From Selaginella moellendorffii (lineage: Eukaryota > Plantae > Lycopodiophyta): 64,000 bases of DNA. This document shows, one piece after another, positions 1-11,124 of the stretch. The stretch lies in contig NW_003314261.1 of the NCBI RefSeq assembly GCF_000143415.4, positions 971,325-1,035,324 on the forward strand, read 5' to 3'. Position numbers and translations under genes: made by a program. Below the pieces are notes generated by a model. It was not told where the DNA came from. It worked only from the letters and a program-made list of their open reading frames with translations, and made no database searches. Position 1 is the stretch's first letter, and every line of letters starts with the position of its first letter.

Positions 1-2976
1 GCAATCCTTCGTATATCCGGAACTTGGTTTGAACCACTCCACAGTTACATTGAAGGAGTTAGTTTCCGCGTCCTCCTTTGCATCAGTGATGCAGTGCCCC
101 ACCCATATCATTTGTTTTTTATTACTGGGTCTGACAAGCACGACCATTCCTTTGCAGACCTGTACTGGATTGAATGCTGAATCCGGCTTCTTGTTCCTCG
201 GCCCACAATAGTGATCCTCAACATCGTTATCTGTCACTGCATTTCCAGAGGACATTATTCCGCTACTATCTGGTGCTCTGGGTTCTGGCCAAAAGGACTC
301 TTCCAATTCTTCATATACAACCGGCCCATTTTGGATAGCAGATATAATCTTCTCCCAGTATTCGAGCAAAGGCTTGCACCTCTTAAAATAGGATTCTCCA
401 CCAAACACCAACCCCCTCTTCCAGAAGGCAATATGCTGTCTAATCCCGGCCACTATACTTTCCTGGTTTTTGAGTCCATCCGGGTGCATCGGCCGTGGGG
501 AACCCTGAGGAATCATAGGTTCCCCAGTTATGGGATCTCTCTTGAAGAGTTCAATGCCATCCACTGGCAGCCACACTGTGTCCCATTCTCTCATCTTGTA
601 CCTCATCACTGGAGCACCGTCACGCATGCTGAAATGAAACTGAAGAGGCTTGGAGTGGCCAATCAGCATTTCGAATCCGTCCCTGATGTAGCCTCTTACA
701 AACCCCTTAAAGTCTGGAACCTCTGTCACAAGTGCAGCTTCAACAGTGCCTTTGATGCAATTTTGGAATTCATCGTAGAGTTGTGGGAGGGTGAGGACAT
801 TGGATCGCCGGAGGGACTCTGCCAGGTGACTGAACATGGCATCGACGTCTTCATGAGTGTGCCCAACCATGAGAAAGCCAAGTGTAACCGTTTCAAATAT
901 GCCTTTGGCAACAAGCATCGCCAAGTACGCGAAGACGTACATGTTTTTGTTCTCACTGCCAGCATTGTCTGTTTGGAGCAGAAGATGGGGTGGAAGGCCA
1001 CATCGGCCGCAAGAACTTCCTTGAGATTCTGCTTCGTTTGGATGAGGCTGTGCATTCACCGGGCGACCAGCCTCGTCGGAATGGCATGAGGCCTCACGTG
1101 ATAACCCTACAATCTGACGGCCAACATATTCACTGGGATGGCATGGGGCCCCACACGATACTGCAAGCCTTTGCTCCTCCTCCAGCTGAACCCTGTATGG
1201 GGTTCGATCGACAAGGGCCTTATGCAAGGGTTGGCCGTTCAGCTCAGTCTGCGCACTTTGCAGAGACCTTAAATGTTTTACTAGGGACGCAATCATCATG
1301 TTTGCACCCCCGCCACCCCATAGAGGTACAAAGAAGTTCCCATAGTTCTGGGCACCATGCCCATGAGCGATTATGCCAAACAGAGACACAGGCAGCTGCA
1401 TGGATGAAGAGATTGCCTTGGGGGCAGGATTGAGTCGAGGTAAGCACGTCTTTTTCTGGTCCATTTTGTCGTGGATGATGCAGAGGTAAGAGTCAGGTCT
1501 CTCCATGGAGAGAATCCTGTTATGATAATATGCAGTCCTGCAGCTTCTCTGCTCGATGTTGTGGTCGAGCCGCCTTCTAACCAACGTCTCTCGCTCTTGA
1601 GCGCTGCAAGAATTCTTTGACAAAGCCATTTTGATAGCAGTGCACTCGTCACACTTTGAAAAGCTGGAGTACTTTCCTATACTCACATCCCTGAATCTGT
1701 TGCTCCACAATCTACTAAATCTAGATTGGCTCAGCTTTCTGTAGCCATTACTCTGGAGTTCCTGATTCACATCTTCCAATATGGCCCCCTTGGTATACAT
1801 GGAAGGGAGAACTCGTTGGGTGTCTCGTGTTCCATCTTCCAAGAGGCGGGTTTTATGTGGTTGCTGCTCGCTACATGTCTCGACAAACCTCTTGAAGATT
1901 GCCTCTCCATATACAACATGACACCTGGTTTTGTGCGTACCGTCGTTCCCATGGACTGCCTGTTGAACCCTTTGTTCCTCGAACTCAGTTTTGATTCTGT
2001 AGAATGTGGTTCGANNNNNNNNNNNNNNNNNNNNNNNNNNNNNNNNNNNNNNNNNNNNNNNNNNNNNNNNNNNNNNNNNNNNNNNNNNNNNNNNNNNNNN
2101 NNNNNNNNNNNNNNCCTTCATGCAGACCAAACCCCTCTGGAAGACCATGCCCCCCACCTGATGTTCTGAAGCATCAACAGATGACCGTAATGCCTCATAC
2201 ACAAAATTGCGAGCTGCCTTCCAGGACAATGTCTTGTATCTGCCTCTCTCTCTTTCAATAGCATCCCAATCAGCTTGTTGACAGCACCTCCTCTTGCAAC
2301 AAGCAACTGTCGAGACCATTCGAACCTCCATCGCCATTTTCTGCCTTTTCGGTTCGTTGCTCAGATCCCTTTGGCTGCGCTGTAGGAAGGTGTACTTTCT
2401 TTTCCCATGAAGAGATGTTCTGTCATCAGTTGTAGTGGTGTTTGATTGTGAATCCTTCACATTCTCAAACACTAAATGCCTCAATTTCCACCGCACAATG
2501 CTTCCAATAGTCAGACTGTTTTCTTCTGTGTCAACAACCTCTAAAATCGCAACTCCAATATCATCCCAGCCCAATTCTTGATTAGCAACCGCATCTCTTG
2601 GATCGACAACTGTGGCTAAGCCCTCAGCTACCACCTCCCCCTCGGGGTTGTTTAGAAACACCTTTGCCTGAATCCATGTAGCACGGTTCTTAAGATCCAT
2701 GGAGGGAACATGCGTCGCACTTGCGCTGTCCCTAACATCTACTTTCTTCTGCAGATTTTTCAAGGCAACAACAACATTTACCCCGACGACCATCTCTCCT
2801 CGTTCAATAGCGACCACATTCCCATCGAAGACGGTCTCTACTGATACAGCAGCATTGCCTTCCCCAAGCCTTTGACAGTGTATAACAAAGTTCCGATCCA
2901 TAGACACAAGGGTCCCTTTTGCAACTCTCTTCCCACCATTCAAAATGTAAACCTTTTCCCCAACCCTGAAGGCCAT
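1..2976 (-). CDS. Sola1-like (DUF7869-type) DDD transposase, 3' end outside window
   Basis: Manual translation from ATG 2976 (MAFRVGEKVYIL...) stays open across the 100-N gap to position 1. Motifs: CCKRRCC...VC, HGN, FSKCDEC, YLCIIHDKMDQKKTCLP, GIIAHGHG, LLLQTDNAGSENKN, FLMVGHTHEDVDAMFS. C-terminal GMVVLVRP..IWVG..VTVEWF segment. Confidence 0.85.
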   Translation of the reverse strand, partial: MAFRVGEKVYILNGGKRVAKGTLVSMDRNFVIHCQRLGEGNAAVSVETVFDGNVVAIERGEMVVGVNVVVALKNLQKKVDVRDSASATHVPSMDLKNRATWIQAKVFLNNPEGEVVAEGLATVVDPRDAVANQELGWDDIGVAILEVVDTEENSLTIGSIVRWKLRHLVFENVKDSQSNTTTTDDRTSLHGKRKYTFLQRSQRDLSNEPKRQKMAMEVRMVSTVACCKRRCCQQADWDAIERERGRYKTLSWKAARNFVYEALRSSVDASEHQVGGMVFQRGLVCMKXXXXXXXXXXXXXXXXXXXXXXXXXXXXXXXXXXRTTFYRIKTEFEEQRVQQAVHGNDGTHKTRCHVVYGEAIFKRFVETCSEQQPHKTRLLEDGTRDTQRVLPSMYTKGAILEDVNQELQSNGYRKLSQSRFSRLWSNRFRDVSIGKYSSFSKCDECTAIKMALSKNSCSAQERETLVRRRLDHNIEQRSCRTAYYHNRILSMERPDSYLCIIHDKMDQKKTCLPRLNPAPKAISSSMQLPVSLFGIIAHGHGAQNYGNFFVPLWGGGGANMMIASLVKHLRSLQSAQTELNGQPLHKALVDRTPYRVQLEEEQRLAVSCGAPCHPSEYVGRQIVGLSREASCHSDEAGRPVNAQPHPNEAESQGSSCGRCGLPPHLLLQTDNAGSENKNMYVFAYLAMLVAKGIFETVTLGFLMVGHTHEDVDAMFSHLAESLRRSNVLTLPQLYDEFQNCIKGTVEAALVTEVPDFKGFVRGYIRDGFEMLIGHSKPLQFHFSMRDGAPVMRYKMREWDTVWLPVDGIELFKRDPITGEPMIPQGSPRPMHPDGLKNQESIVAGIRQHIAFWKRGLVFGGESYFKRCKPLLEYWEKIISAIQNGPVVYEELEESFWPEPRAPDSSGIMSSGNAVTDNDVEDHYCGPRNKKPDSAFNPVQVCKGMVVLVRPSNKKQMIWVGHCITDAKEDAETNSFNVTVEWFKPSSGYTKDC
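2015..2114. other. Assembly gap (100 N) inside transposase ORF
   Basis: Run of n; the flanks are in the same reading frame (VCMK...RTTFYR). Confidence 0.99.
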
Positions 2977-3330
2977 TCTGAAAGTGCAGAAAAGAAGTTA
3001 AGACCATACAAAAAATGATTGGAGAATGGCCTAAATCATAACATACCAAATAGCATGAGGCCACATGCCATTATTCAAACATGCTATTGACACCCACGTG
3101 AAATTTCGCATTCACAAAATTGGCATGAGCCCTCATGCCATCTTGATATACACACAGCTGCAGGCAAGTAAAAACATACATGACAATACGCTAGCCATGA
3201 AATTGCAAGGGCCCAAGATGGCATGTGGCCTCATGCCATTTCTAAATGTGGTCCTAAACCATTCCATGGTGAACATACCAGGAAGCACAAGTGCCGAATA
3301 TCAAGAGGAAGCGGTAGCCACACCAAAGAC

Positions 3331-3470
3331 AGTGCCGCTCGCAACACCGCAACTACTCGTAGCGCCGCTCGCAACACCGCAACTGCTCGTAGCGCCGCTC
3401 GCACAAACTGCCACTCGCATAAACTGCTGCTCGCAATGCCGCAACCGCTTGTAGACGCAAAAACCACAGC
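3331..3470. repeat. Short tandem array (~30-bp unit GCGCCGCTCGCAACACCGCAACTRCTCGTA) upstream of transposase
   Basis: Two near-exact units plus degenerate copies visible. Confidence 0.8.
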
Positions 3471-4250
3471 TCACAACGCCGCTTACACAAGCAGCGCTCA
3501 CTGCGCTCAGTGGAACCAAGAACACGGCGCACAAAAATGATAGACCTAGGAATGAGTTCGAGAATTCAAAAATAACACACGCTTGAACGTCACATCAAAT
3601 CCTCTGACAAACCAGATCTTATGATTCCTCTGACAAATTTCAAACTGAGTAGCTTCTAGACTTTGCTGTCGGAGGTTGAACTTTGTCACATCATGTCCTT
3701 GCCTCGATTCAGCTGTGCCATGTCAGTGATTCGAACTTTCCCATGCCATATCAGCGATCCGCGCCAAGATTATTCGCCGTGTAAAGGAATAATTATGCTG
3801 TGTGTGTACGTCCATTTATGGCAATATAAGGCCATACGCCATTCAAAGAATAATGCTAGTCGAGCATTTTTTGGTGCATTTTTTGGTTCAAAATTGCATG
3901 AGCCCACACGCTATAAAGTTTACCTGTACCAAAAATAGAAATAGCTTTATTTACTTGGGAATTTAAGTGGTTGAGGCATTTTTAAACTTACAAACACATG
4001 CCCTACTTACATTCATTTGGTTGCTTAAAATTCAAAAATATTATAAACCTTTCTTTTTGCATTTTCAATGTTTTCAATTATGGTTTTTGATTTTCGCAGG
4101 ACCAGCCTAGTAATCTATTTGCATCCCGTCATGTTTATAGCTAGCTTTCGTTTGTCCCCTTCGCTAGCCTGAGATACATCTGCTCGGCATCTGCCTCTTA
4201 CAGCATTTGCCCAGAAAGGGCATCTTTCTTCACGCAGCATTTGCCACATG

Positions 4251-4275
4251 TTTAGGGTTAGGGTTTAGGGTTTAG
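4251..4275 (+). repeat. Telomere-like/telo-box motif TTTAGGG(TTAGGG)TTTAGGGTTTAG
   Basis: About 3.5 plant telomeric units in the region between the divergent genes. Confidence 0.6.
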
Positions 4276-5517
4276 CAATTCAGTAGCTTGATAAACATGC
4301 AAATACAGAACTTGATGCAAAATCCTTTGATATGTCACAATGCCCCTAGGACCATAAACACATTTCAATAGAGAGGGTCCTTTCATTTCATAACTCCTTA
4401 CGTAGATCTTGGTGAAACCAGAGTTAGTGAAGTTGGTTTTTTGTGATCCCGCATCTGATTGTGATGTCCCTTTGCAGTGTCGATGGAAAGGTCAATGCAC
4501 ACCAAACTGTAGAATCTTGGAGCAAAATAACGGTCGGATCTATGGCAAATGCCCCTGAAACATTGTAAGGCTCGTGTGGTCTCATGTGGTGTCCGATCGA
4601 GATGCTTCTTTGCAGGGTCATTAAGAAGGACATTGTATACCATTCTGTAAAATCTAGTTGCGATCTAACGGTTGGATCTCCAGGAAACTCAAAACAATCT
4701 CGCGCGTGTCAGAATATTCTAGGAATATACTCCTATGTGCTCCTGAAAATGGCATGCGGCCCCACGCCATTCAAGAGATAACGCCAGATGACGCCGAGCA
4801 TTTTTTGGTGCATTTTTTGGGATCAAAATTGCATGAGCCCACACGCTTGAACGTCACATCAAATCCTTTGACAATTTATTTAGCTGAACATCTGGCATTT
4901 TTGGAAATACAAGATGCTTTGGAATATCCAATCATGCATGGTATAAATATAGCGAGGGTATTAAATGATATCCCAATCATGATCTTTCTTTTGGATTTCG
5001 CGTGCATGCAGTCCGAGGAATGATGACGTTGCGGATTTCTTTTGGATTTCACGCATGCGCGTGCCGATCCAGAAATTAATGGTGGCGCCCAAGTCCGAGG
5101 AATGATGACGTGGCGGGATTACCAACCGTTGTGACATTTCGCGCGTGTGAGGTTAGGTTTTGCATTTTGCTTCGTACTCGCGCTCGCATACTCGCCCTCG
5201 CATCGCGCTCCCACTCGCGCTCCCACTTCTCTACAGGTTTCTCGTGTGCATCGGCGTCCACTCGCGCTTGCATCACACTCGGGCTCGCATCGCGCTCGTG
5301 TGCATCGGCGTCCACTTCAAGACACACCCAGTTTATAACTTCGCCGCCAACTCCGCCGCCCACTCTGCCACCCACACGCAGCCCACTTGGTGTCCCGGGA
5401 GATTTCAGCGCCACTCTCCAACTGTAAGTGGCAGAGTAGCCTTGCTGCTATGATCCGCTGCACACACAGTGCACATTCGCCAGCGAGTCCGGTTGTCACG
5501 CCTCCATTCGGCTTCAA

Positions 5518-8500
5518 ATGGTAAGTCTTTTAGGCCAAGTAGAAAATGGCATGAGGCCACATGCCATTCAGTAGCAACATTGGCATGCACCGATTGGGCT
5601 CTCGAGTGCAGTCCGGTTACAGATGGCGTGTAGCCTCACGCCATCTTAGGATGCAGCCTTAAGACATCTGATGCAGTGGTGAATGGCGTGTGGCCTCACG
5701 TTATTTCCAGCTGCTAGCTTTTCATCTGTCAGCTCTAATTGTTGTGCATTTCTGAATAGGCGAGGAATTGCGTTCTTCTTCCAGCCACTGTCAATGTGGA
5801 TGCAGAGAAGGGGGAGGAGCTCACCAGTTGGACTTTTGGGATGAAAGGCGAGGATCTGAGGCTGTACAACACAGATGGTGGGAGAAAAGAATGCATGGGG
5901 ATCCTCATCTAAGTGACAGACACTCCATGCAGTTCCATGCAAGAATATGGACTGGCACTTGTGGTAGAGACAGCGTCTGCCTTCAAGATCCACCTTGCAC
6001 ATCCTAGCGGCTTCCCGGAGGGGGGCAGCGGCTATGAGGAATTCCTAGAGGGAGCTAGGGAGAGGTTGTCCAGGAGGCCCACAATTTCAAAGACGCTGCG
6101 GGTCTATGAAGATCACATGGAATCCACGGACCTCACCTACGGCGATGTTCAAAAACTATATTCCAACATTGAGCCGTTGAGAGTGCCTCCAGTTTGCGAA
6201 GCGAAGGGGAAGGGGGTCGATCTGGAAACTACCCCGAAGCAGAAAAGGGTGGTCAAGCTCAAGCCGACGTCCGACTCTCCTCCAAAAAAGAAGCTACTCG
6301 GTGATGCCATTGCCTTGGGTTCGAACACTACACCCACCAAAAAGAAGAGCCGCAAAGAGTAGAAAGAGCAAGAAGAGGCAGCAAAAATCGTCGCAGATAA
6401 TAGTACTTGTTACTATTCCAACAAAGTATATACAATCGACGTGAGCCGTATCGACATCCAAAGCAAATACAACCACAGGCTAGTATCTGATGAGTGGGTG
6501 GAGAAACTGAAGCAGAAGATGCTGGCAAGTCCAGTAACACCCGACATCACAGACGTGATCCCCTACTACCGAACAATGAAGGGCGAGACGAGGTTTCTAG
6601 ACTTGATCAATAGGAAGGTGTTGGACGATCAGAACATCCGGTTCTATGCCGTCTCCGGGCAGCATTCTAGCTTGGCGATGCAAGAGATAGTTGTGGATAT
6701 TATGGTGGGTGAGGAGGTGAAGAAAGTTTTCAAGACAAGAGTTGTCCGCCTGATAAAAGGCAACTCGCCCCTCCGATCTATCATATACATTTCCCACGCG
6801 CAGAATGTCAAGCAAGAAACGTGCTACAAATCGGGTCTGCACGAGACATTGGCACAAACACGGAAGCTCTAGGTTCAACTGAAGAAGCCACAAAAACCAG
6901 GACAAGGACGTGCACTAGCAACTAGCGCCTGGCAGGTAAGCCTCGTTGCATGTGGCCTCACGCCATTTCCATTGCAGGAATTCTCGAGTCTTCTCTCAAA
7001 AACACTGGGAGTCAATGACACACTCAGCATCCATAACATTCTACTCGCGACAAAAGTTGTTTTTGACAAATGGGTAGATGTGCTGAGGAGGTACCATGAC
7101 AGAGAGTTGCCAAACTCAATGGGTGTGGAGGACGGCCGGAAGCCCAATGATTTGAAGCTCAACGCCTTGCGTTTCTCGCGGTCTCTAGACGACGACGACC
7201 TTTTGACAGTGGCTAATGCTCTTCTACGTGGTGAGGTAGTCTTCAACAAGACCAAAATGACTCCCGGCCATATTGTGACATACGAGGACTTGTGCACGAC
7301 TCTGAGAGCTCGTGCGCTATTGAAGGATTGGATCTTCGAGCAAGTGGCCGTGGAGAGGGTGAGCATCGACACCACGCAAGAGATGATGGAAGCGCTAGAT
7401 TTGTCAAATGAAGACATCGACGAGTACGTGAAGGGGGCCCCCAAGTTCATCGATCTGCTGCGGGATGCCACGAAAAGTAAAGCTGAGAAGTTGGATCAGT
7501 ATCCAAATTTCATTAAGATTGATGTCGACCGCCGGCTTCAGAAACAGCTCGACCCCGCAGCAGAGGCCTATCGAGAACCTTACCGGGTATACTTGAATTC
7601 GGATGAGGATCAAAGGTGGAGGAGCATCGTTTCCCGCGGAGATAAGCAGGTCAAGAACATCTTTTGTGTGATGGACTTTACAAACGAGGAGATCACTCAT
7701 GCAGACGAAATCAGCTCCATCATTGACTTAATGGTGGGACTTGCGGAGGTGGAATCTTCAGTCCACTATATGATCTACGACTTCGAATCCTATCACAAGT
7801 TCTGGAAGGCCTTGAACGAGGTGAAGGCTCGGTTGAAAGGCAAGGAGATGTGGGAGATCCATGGGATAATGGCTAAGAAGAAGATACCGACGAATGTCCG
7901 CATCTTCACATTCGCCCTTGTTATTGGTCCTGCAGCAGAGTGGGACTGGAGTGACTTCCCAGCTTCGTTCGACAAGGCCAATCGAATTGATCTGAGGGAG
8001 GTCAATTTACCCGTGCCTGAGGAACTGAAGACGGCTATGGAGCTTTCGAATCCAAAGAAAGCTCCAGGTGCAGCATGGGAAATGCTCAGCTGGGTCTTCA
8101 ACGCAATAGCGGGTGGGTCACCTGCTTCCGACTCCAAGGGCAAATGCGTTGTCGAGTACAACTGCGGTGGACTATTCTTTCAAGCCGCACTACTCAAGGG
8201 TGTCCCGTGTGTTGCGGTGACAAACTCCATTGAAGAGGTGACTTCAATGGAGCATATAATTACAGTTGCCAAAGAAAAATAGTATCTTCTCTGCGAACCT
8301 GGTGAGTACACACTTTAAGTTTAAATGTTATCTCACAAGCTCTGTATGCAAGAGCGTGGCCACCCCCAGATGCTGAAACGGCGTTAACAGCTACTGTTGA
8401 AGATACCCATGTTGGGCCGAGCTCACAACCTGTACAAGGTAAGGTCACGTGAGGCCTCACGCCATTTTGATTATAGATCATTGTGAATATTCAGACACGA

Positions 8501-9430
8501 GGACTGAAAAGCACACTGGTGGCGCATCGAAGAAGGACAAACAGACAAGCAATAGGAAAAAAGGAGGTACAAATTATATTTGCAATGGCGTGTGGTCTCA
8601 TGCCATTCCTTGCAGGAGACACTTCTTCAAAGGCAAAACAGGCAAGCACCAGCCAAGCTCAAACTGACAGTGGTCATAAAAAGTGAAAGCACGTTGGACA
8701 GTCGTCGAGATCAGAGGCATTTGATTCGAAAAGGAAGAAGGGCAACGAAAAGATGATAGGTAATGCCTCGCGGTTATGGCGTGTGTGCTCATGCCATTCA
8801 TTGCAGATCAAGGGCTGAGTGAAGCAGGCAGTCACCACCTCCTGACTTAGATTCCTATGGCGGACTCCCCTTCCCCAATCTCAATGGAGAGGTACAATGG
8901 ATGAGGGATGCTTTTCAAGTCAGGGCCACGTTTTTCTCATCTCGTCGTCTTCGAAGGGTGCAAGAACGTGCAAAAACCATGTTAAGACAGTCGGGTGAGG
9001 ATACGGTCCTAGGTCACGCACTAAAACAGGCTATGGATGTCTTGTATTTTGAGATGGAGACTCGGCCAGATGATTTTCCCAAGATGGTCCTGGAAGAACA
9101 AGCCATCCAGCCTGAGCAGCCTATGGAAGAAATGCAGGAGGGGGATGAGGAGCCAGAGAAAGATAATGAGCAGGAAGAGCAGAAGGACGAAGAGGAGGAC
9201 AAAGAAGAGGAGGACGAAGAAGAGGAGGACGAAGAGGACTTGGATGGTCCTCACAATGGTGACGATCACAATAACGATGACGACGATGATGACGACGATG
9301 GCCAGCCTGAGGTGGCCAAAGAGCAGCGGAGGAAGGTCATACAAGACAAACCATCAGGTAAATAATAGTACATCCATTCCTAACCTTTTACCATTTCTAA
9401 CATTGTCCATGTAGGTCGCAGAGCAAATGG
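5518..9430 (+). pseudogene. Transposon cargo gene: ParB-like N-terminal domain + degenerate beta-class N6/N4 DNA methyltransferase-like fold + acidic tail; at least 4 premature stops
   Basis: ATG 5518, intron 5521-5759, then one frame through ORFs 5913-6362, 6441-6872 and 6972-8282, broken by TAA 5910, TAG 6360, TAG 6870 and TAG 8280. ParB-like IDIQSKYNHRLVSDEWVEKLKQKM...FYAVSGQHSSLAM...ISHAQN. MTase-like EMLSWVFNAIAGG..GKCVVEYNCGG.FFQAALLKGVPCVAV. Mini-introns 6936-6977, 8439-8476, 8567-8615, 8760-8806. The 3' exon structure is uncertain. Confidence 0.65.
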
Positions 9431-10239
9431 TAAGTAGAGATTATTCAGTTGAATTTACAAACTCTAGCCTTTAGTGTCGAGGAAGGATAGTGCCAAGCAA
9501 GGGTCGAAACGTATGTCCAATCCTTCAGAATCAGCAGTGCGCCCAAGTGATATCGGTCATAGTTCCTCAATAGCAGTTGATGGTAAATACAGTATAGTCG
9601 ATTCAATGTGCTAATGAGTTTGTTTTTAGTAGCACGGGAGGATACCATCTCAATCGAAGGGAGATATTTGGACATGCATATGGATCCACCAGTGGACTCT
9701 ACTTGCCTACAAGAGTCATCAGAGCTGGTGGAGGCTACTATCCATATCAACGCCAAGCAAGCTGACCACGCTCCACTTGATGCTGCCCATACCACTAAGT
9801 CAATCTTGTCCACGTATCCAACTGACGGTGACTAGGCGCCATTGGACCCGCATGAGGCCGCCCCAGCCGCCGAGCCGGTCGTATCCTCATTTCCAACGGA
9901 CTCAACGTGTGCCCAATCGTCTGACTACGCGCCGTTGGAACCTCCCTACACCGCCCCTGCTGCCTGTTCGGTCATGTCCACTTTGCCAACGGAGGCACCA
10001 ACTGAAATGGCGTGTGATCACACGTCATCGGAACCACCCCATGCCACTGTTGAGCCAGTTGTACCAGAGTCTACAGCTGAAATGGCATGTGCCCACACGC
10101 CATCGGATGCGATTGACCCCACATTGTAGAGGAGAGTATTTCCGCCCTTCACGTTTCCTCGACCAAAACCCTCTCAACGACCATCGGGAGCACCATTCGC
10201 TAATATTGTAGATGGTAAAATTGACTTGTACCATTTTTT

Positions 10240-11124
10240 ATGCTGACGCATTTCATTTCAGAGTCACGGCGAAGGTACTGTATCATTTTTGATCTGAACG
10301 GTGTCCTTTTCTCCCATGAGCGTGGCTCGTCCTCGAATGTCATTGCACCCTCCAAAGCCTGCAGTCGCAAGTTGGTCAAAAGAGACAGATTCACATTAAT
10401 CACACGGGAGAAACTGCGGGATCTAATAATGACTATGCGACACTTAAAACAGAGGGCCGGGTTCAATTTGCAATTGGGAGTTTGGACATCCATGATGCGC
10501 CACAATGCATTAACGTTGCTACAGATGATGCACGATCAGATGCGAGTAATATTACCATTTGACTTTCTCCTAACGCAGGAGGATTGCTTGACTATGGTCC
10601 ATGTGAGGGGTAGCAAGCCCATCTTTGTCAAGCCAGAGGCTGTAGTGATGAACCGGACTGCTAGGTCAAGTGAAATCCTCATCATCGATGACTCGCCGAT
10701 TAAAACTGCAACGAACACGCATACATATGCAGTGCACCCCATCTCTTGCAGTATGGAAACTAGGGAGAAGAAACCGTATGTTCTGGGGGACCTTGCAAAA
10801 CGGCTTGGAGCGATGGTGATAGAGAACCGGCCAGTCCAGGAGGTGGCTGCAGAAATCAACCAAATGGCAGATGGAACGGTATATCAGAAGCTATTTGATC
10901 GGACAGACACCAGTCATCATTTATGGCATGTATATTGTCTAGCCAAGCACTATCCGCATCTCCATAATCTGCTCAACCGGATGGGTTCTTTGACCACTGA
11001 ACATGAGCGTGGACGTATTAGAGAAGAGATGGCATTACTATTGGGTTTAAATCCTGATAGTGTGGAGAGTGATGAAATTCCAAGATTATTGTATAGGCGT
11101 TGGAGGCAAAAAATAATAGTCTGA
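10240..11124 (+). CDS. FCP1/NIF-like HAD-superfamily phosphatase domain (terminal exon; upstream exons uncertain)
   Basis: IIFDLNGVL (motif I, DxN variant), GVWTS, LLTQEDC, FVKP, ILIIDDSPIK..N...AVHP. Splice acceptor tttcag at ~10261. Confidence 0.8.
   Translation: MLTHFISESRRRYCIIFDLNGVLFSHERGSSSNVIAPSKACSRKLVKRDRFTLITREKLRDLIMTMRHLKQRAGFNLQLGVWTSMMRHNALTLLQMMHDQMRVILPFDFLLTQEDCLTMVHVRGSKPIFVKPEAVVMNRTARSSEILIIDDSPIKTATNTHTYAVHPISCSMETREKKPYVLGDLAKRLGAMVIENRPVQEVAAEINQMADGTVYQKLFDRTDTSHHLWHVYCLAKHYPHLHNLLNRMGSLTTEHERGRIREEMALLLGLNPDSVESDEIPRLLYRRWRQKIIV

Noticed and set aside
211-1089. 292-aa plus-strand ORF
   Set aside because: Antisense shadow of the minus-strand transposase, which carries all the conserved motifs.
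4251-4275. Chromosome end or telomere healing site
   Set aside because: Only ~3.5 units inside continuous element sequence; more consistent with a telo-box-like motif.
5910-8282. RNA editing to repair stops
   Set aside because: U-to-C editing is organellar, and one stop needs TAG>TGG; methylation-driven transitions explain all four, and the same pattern is seen in neighbouring TEs.
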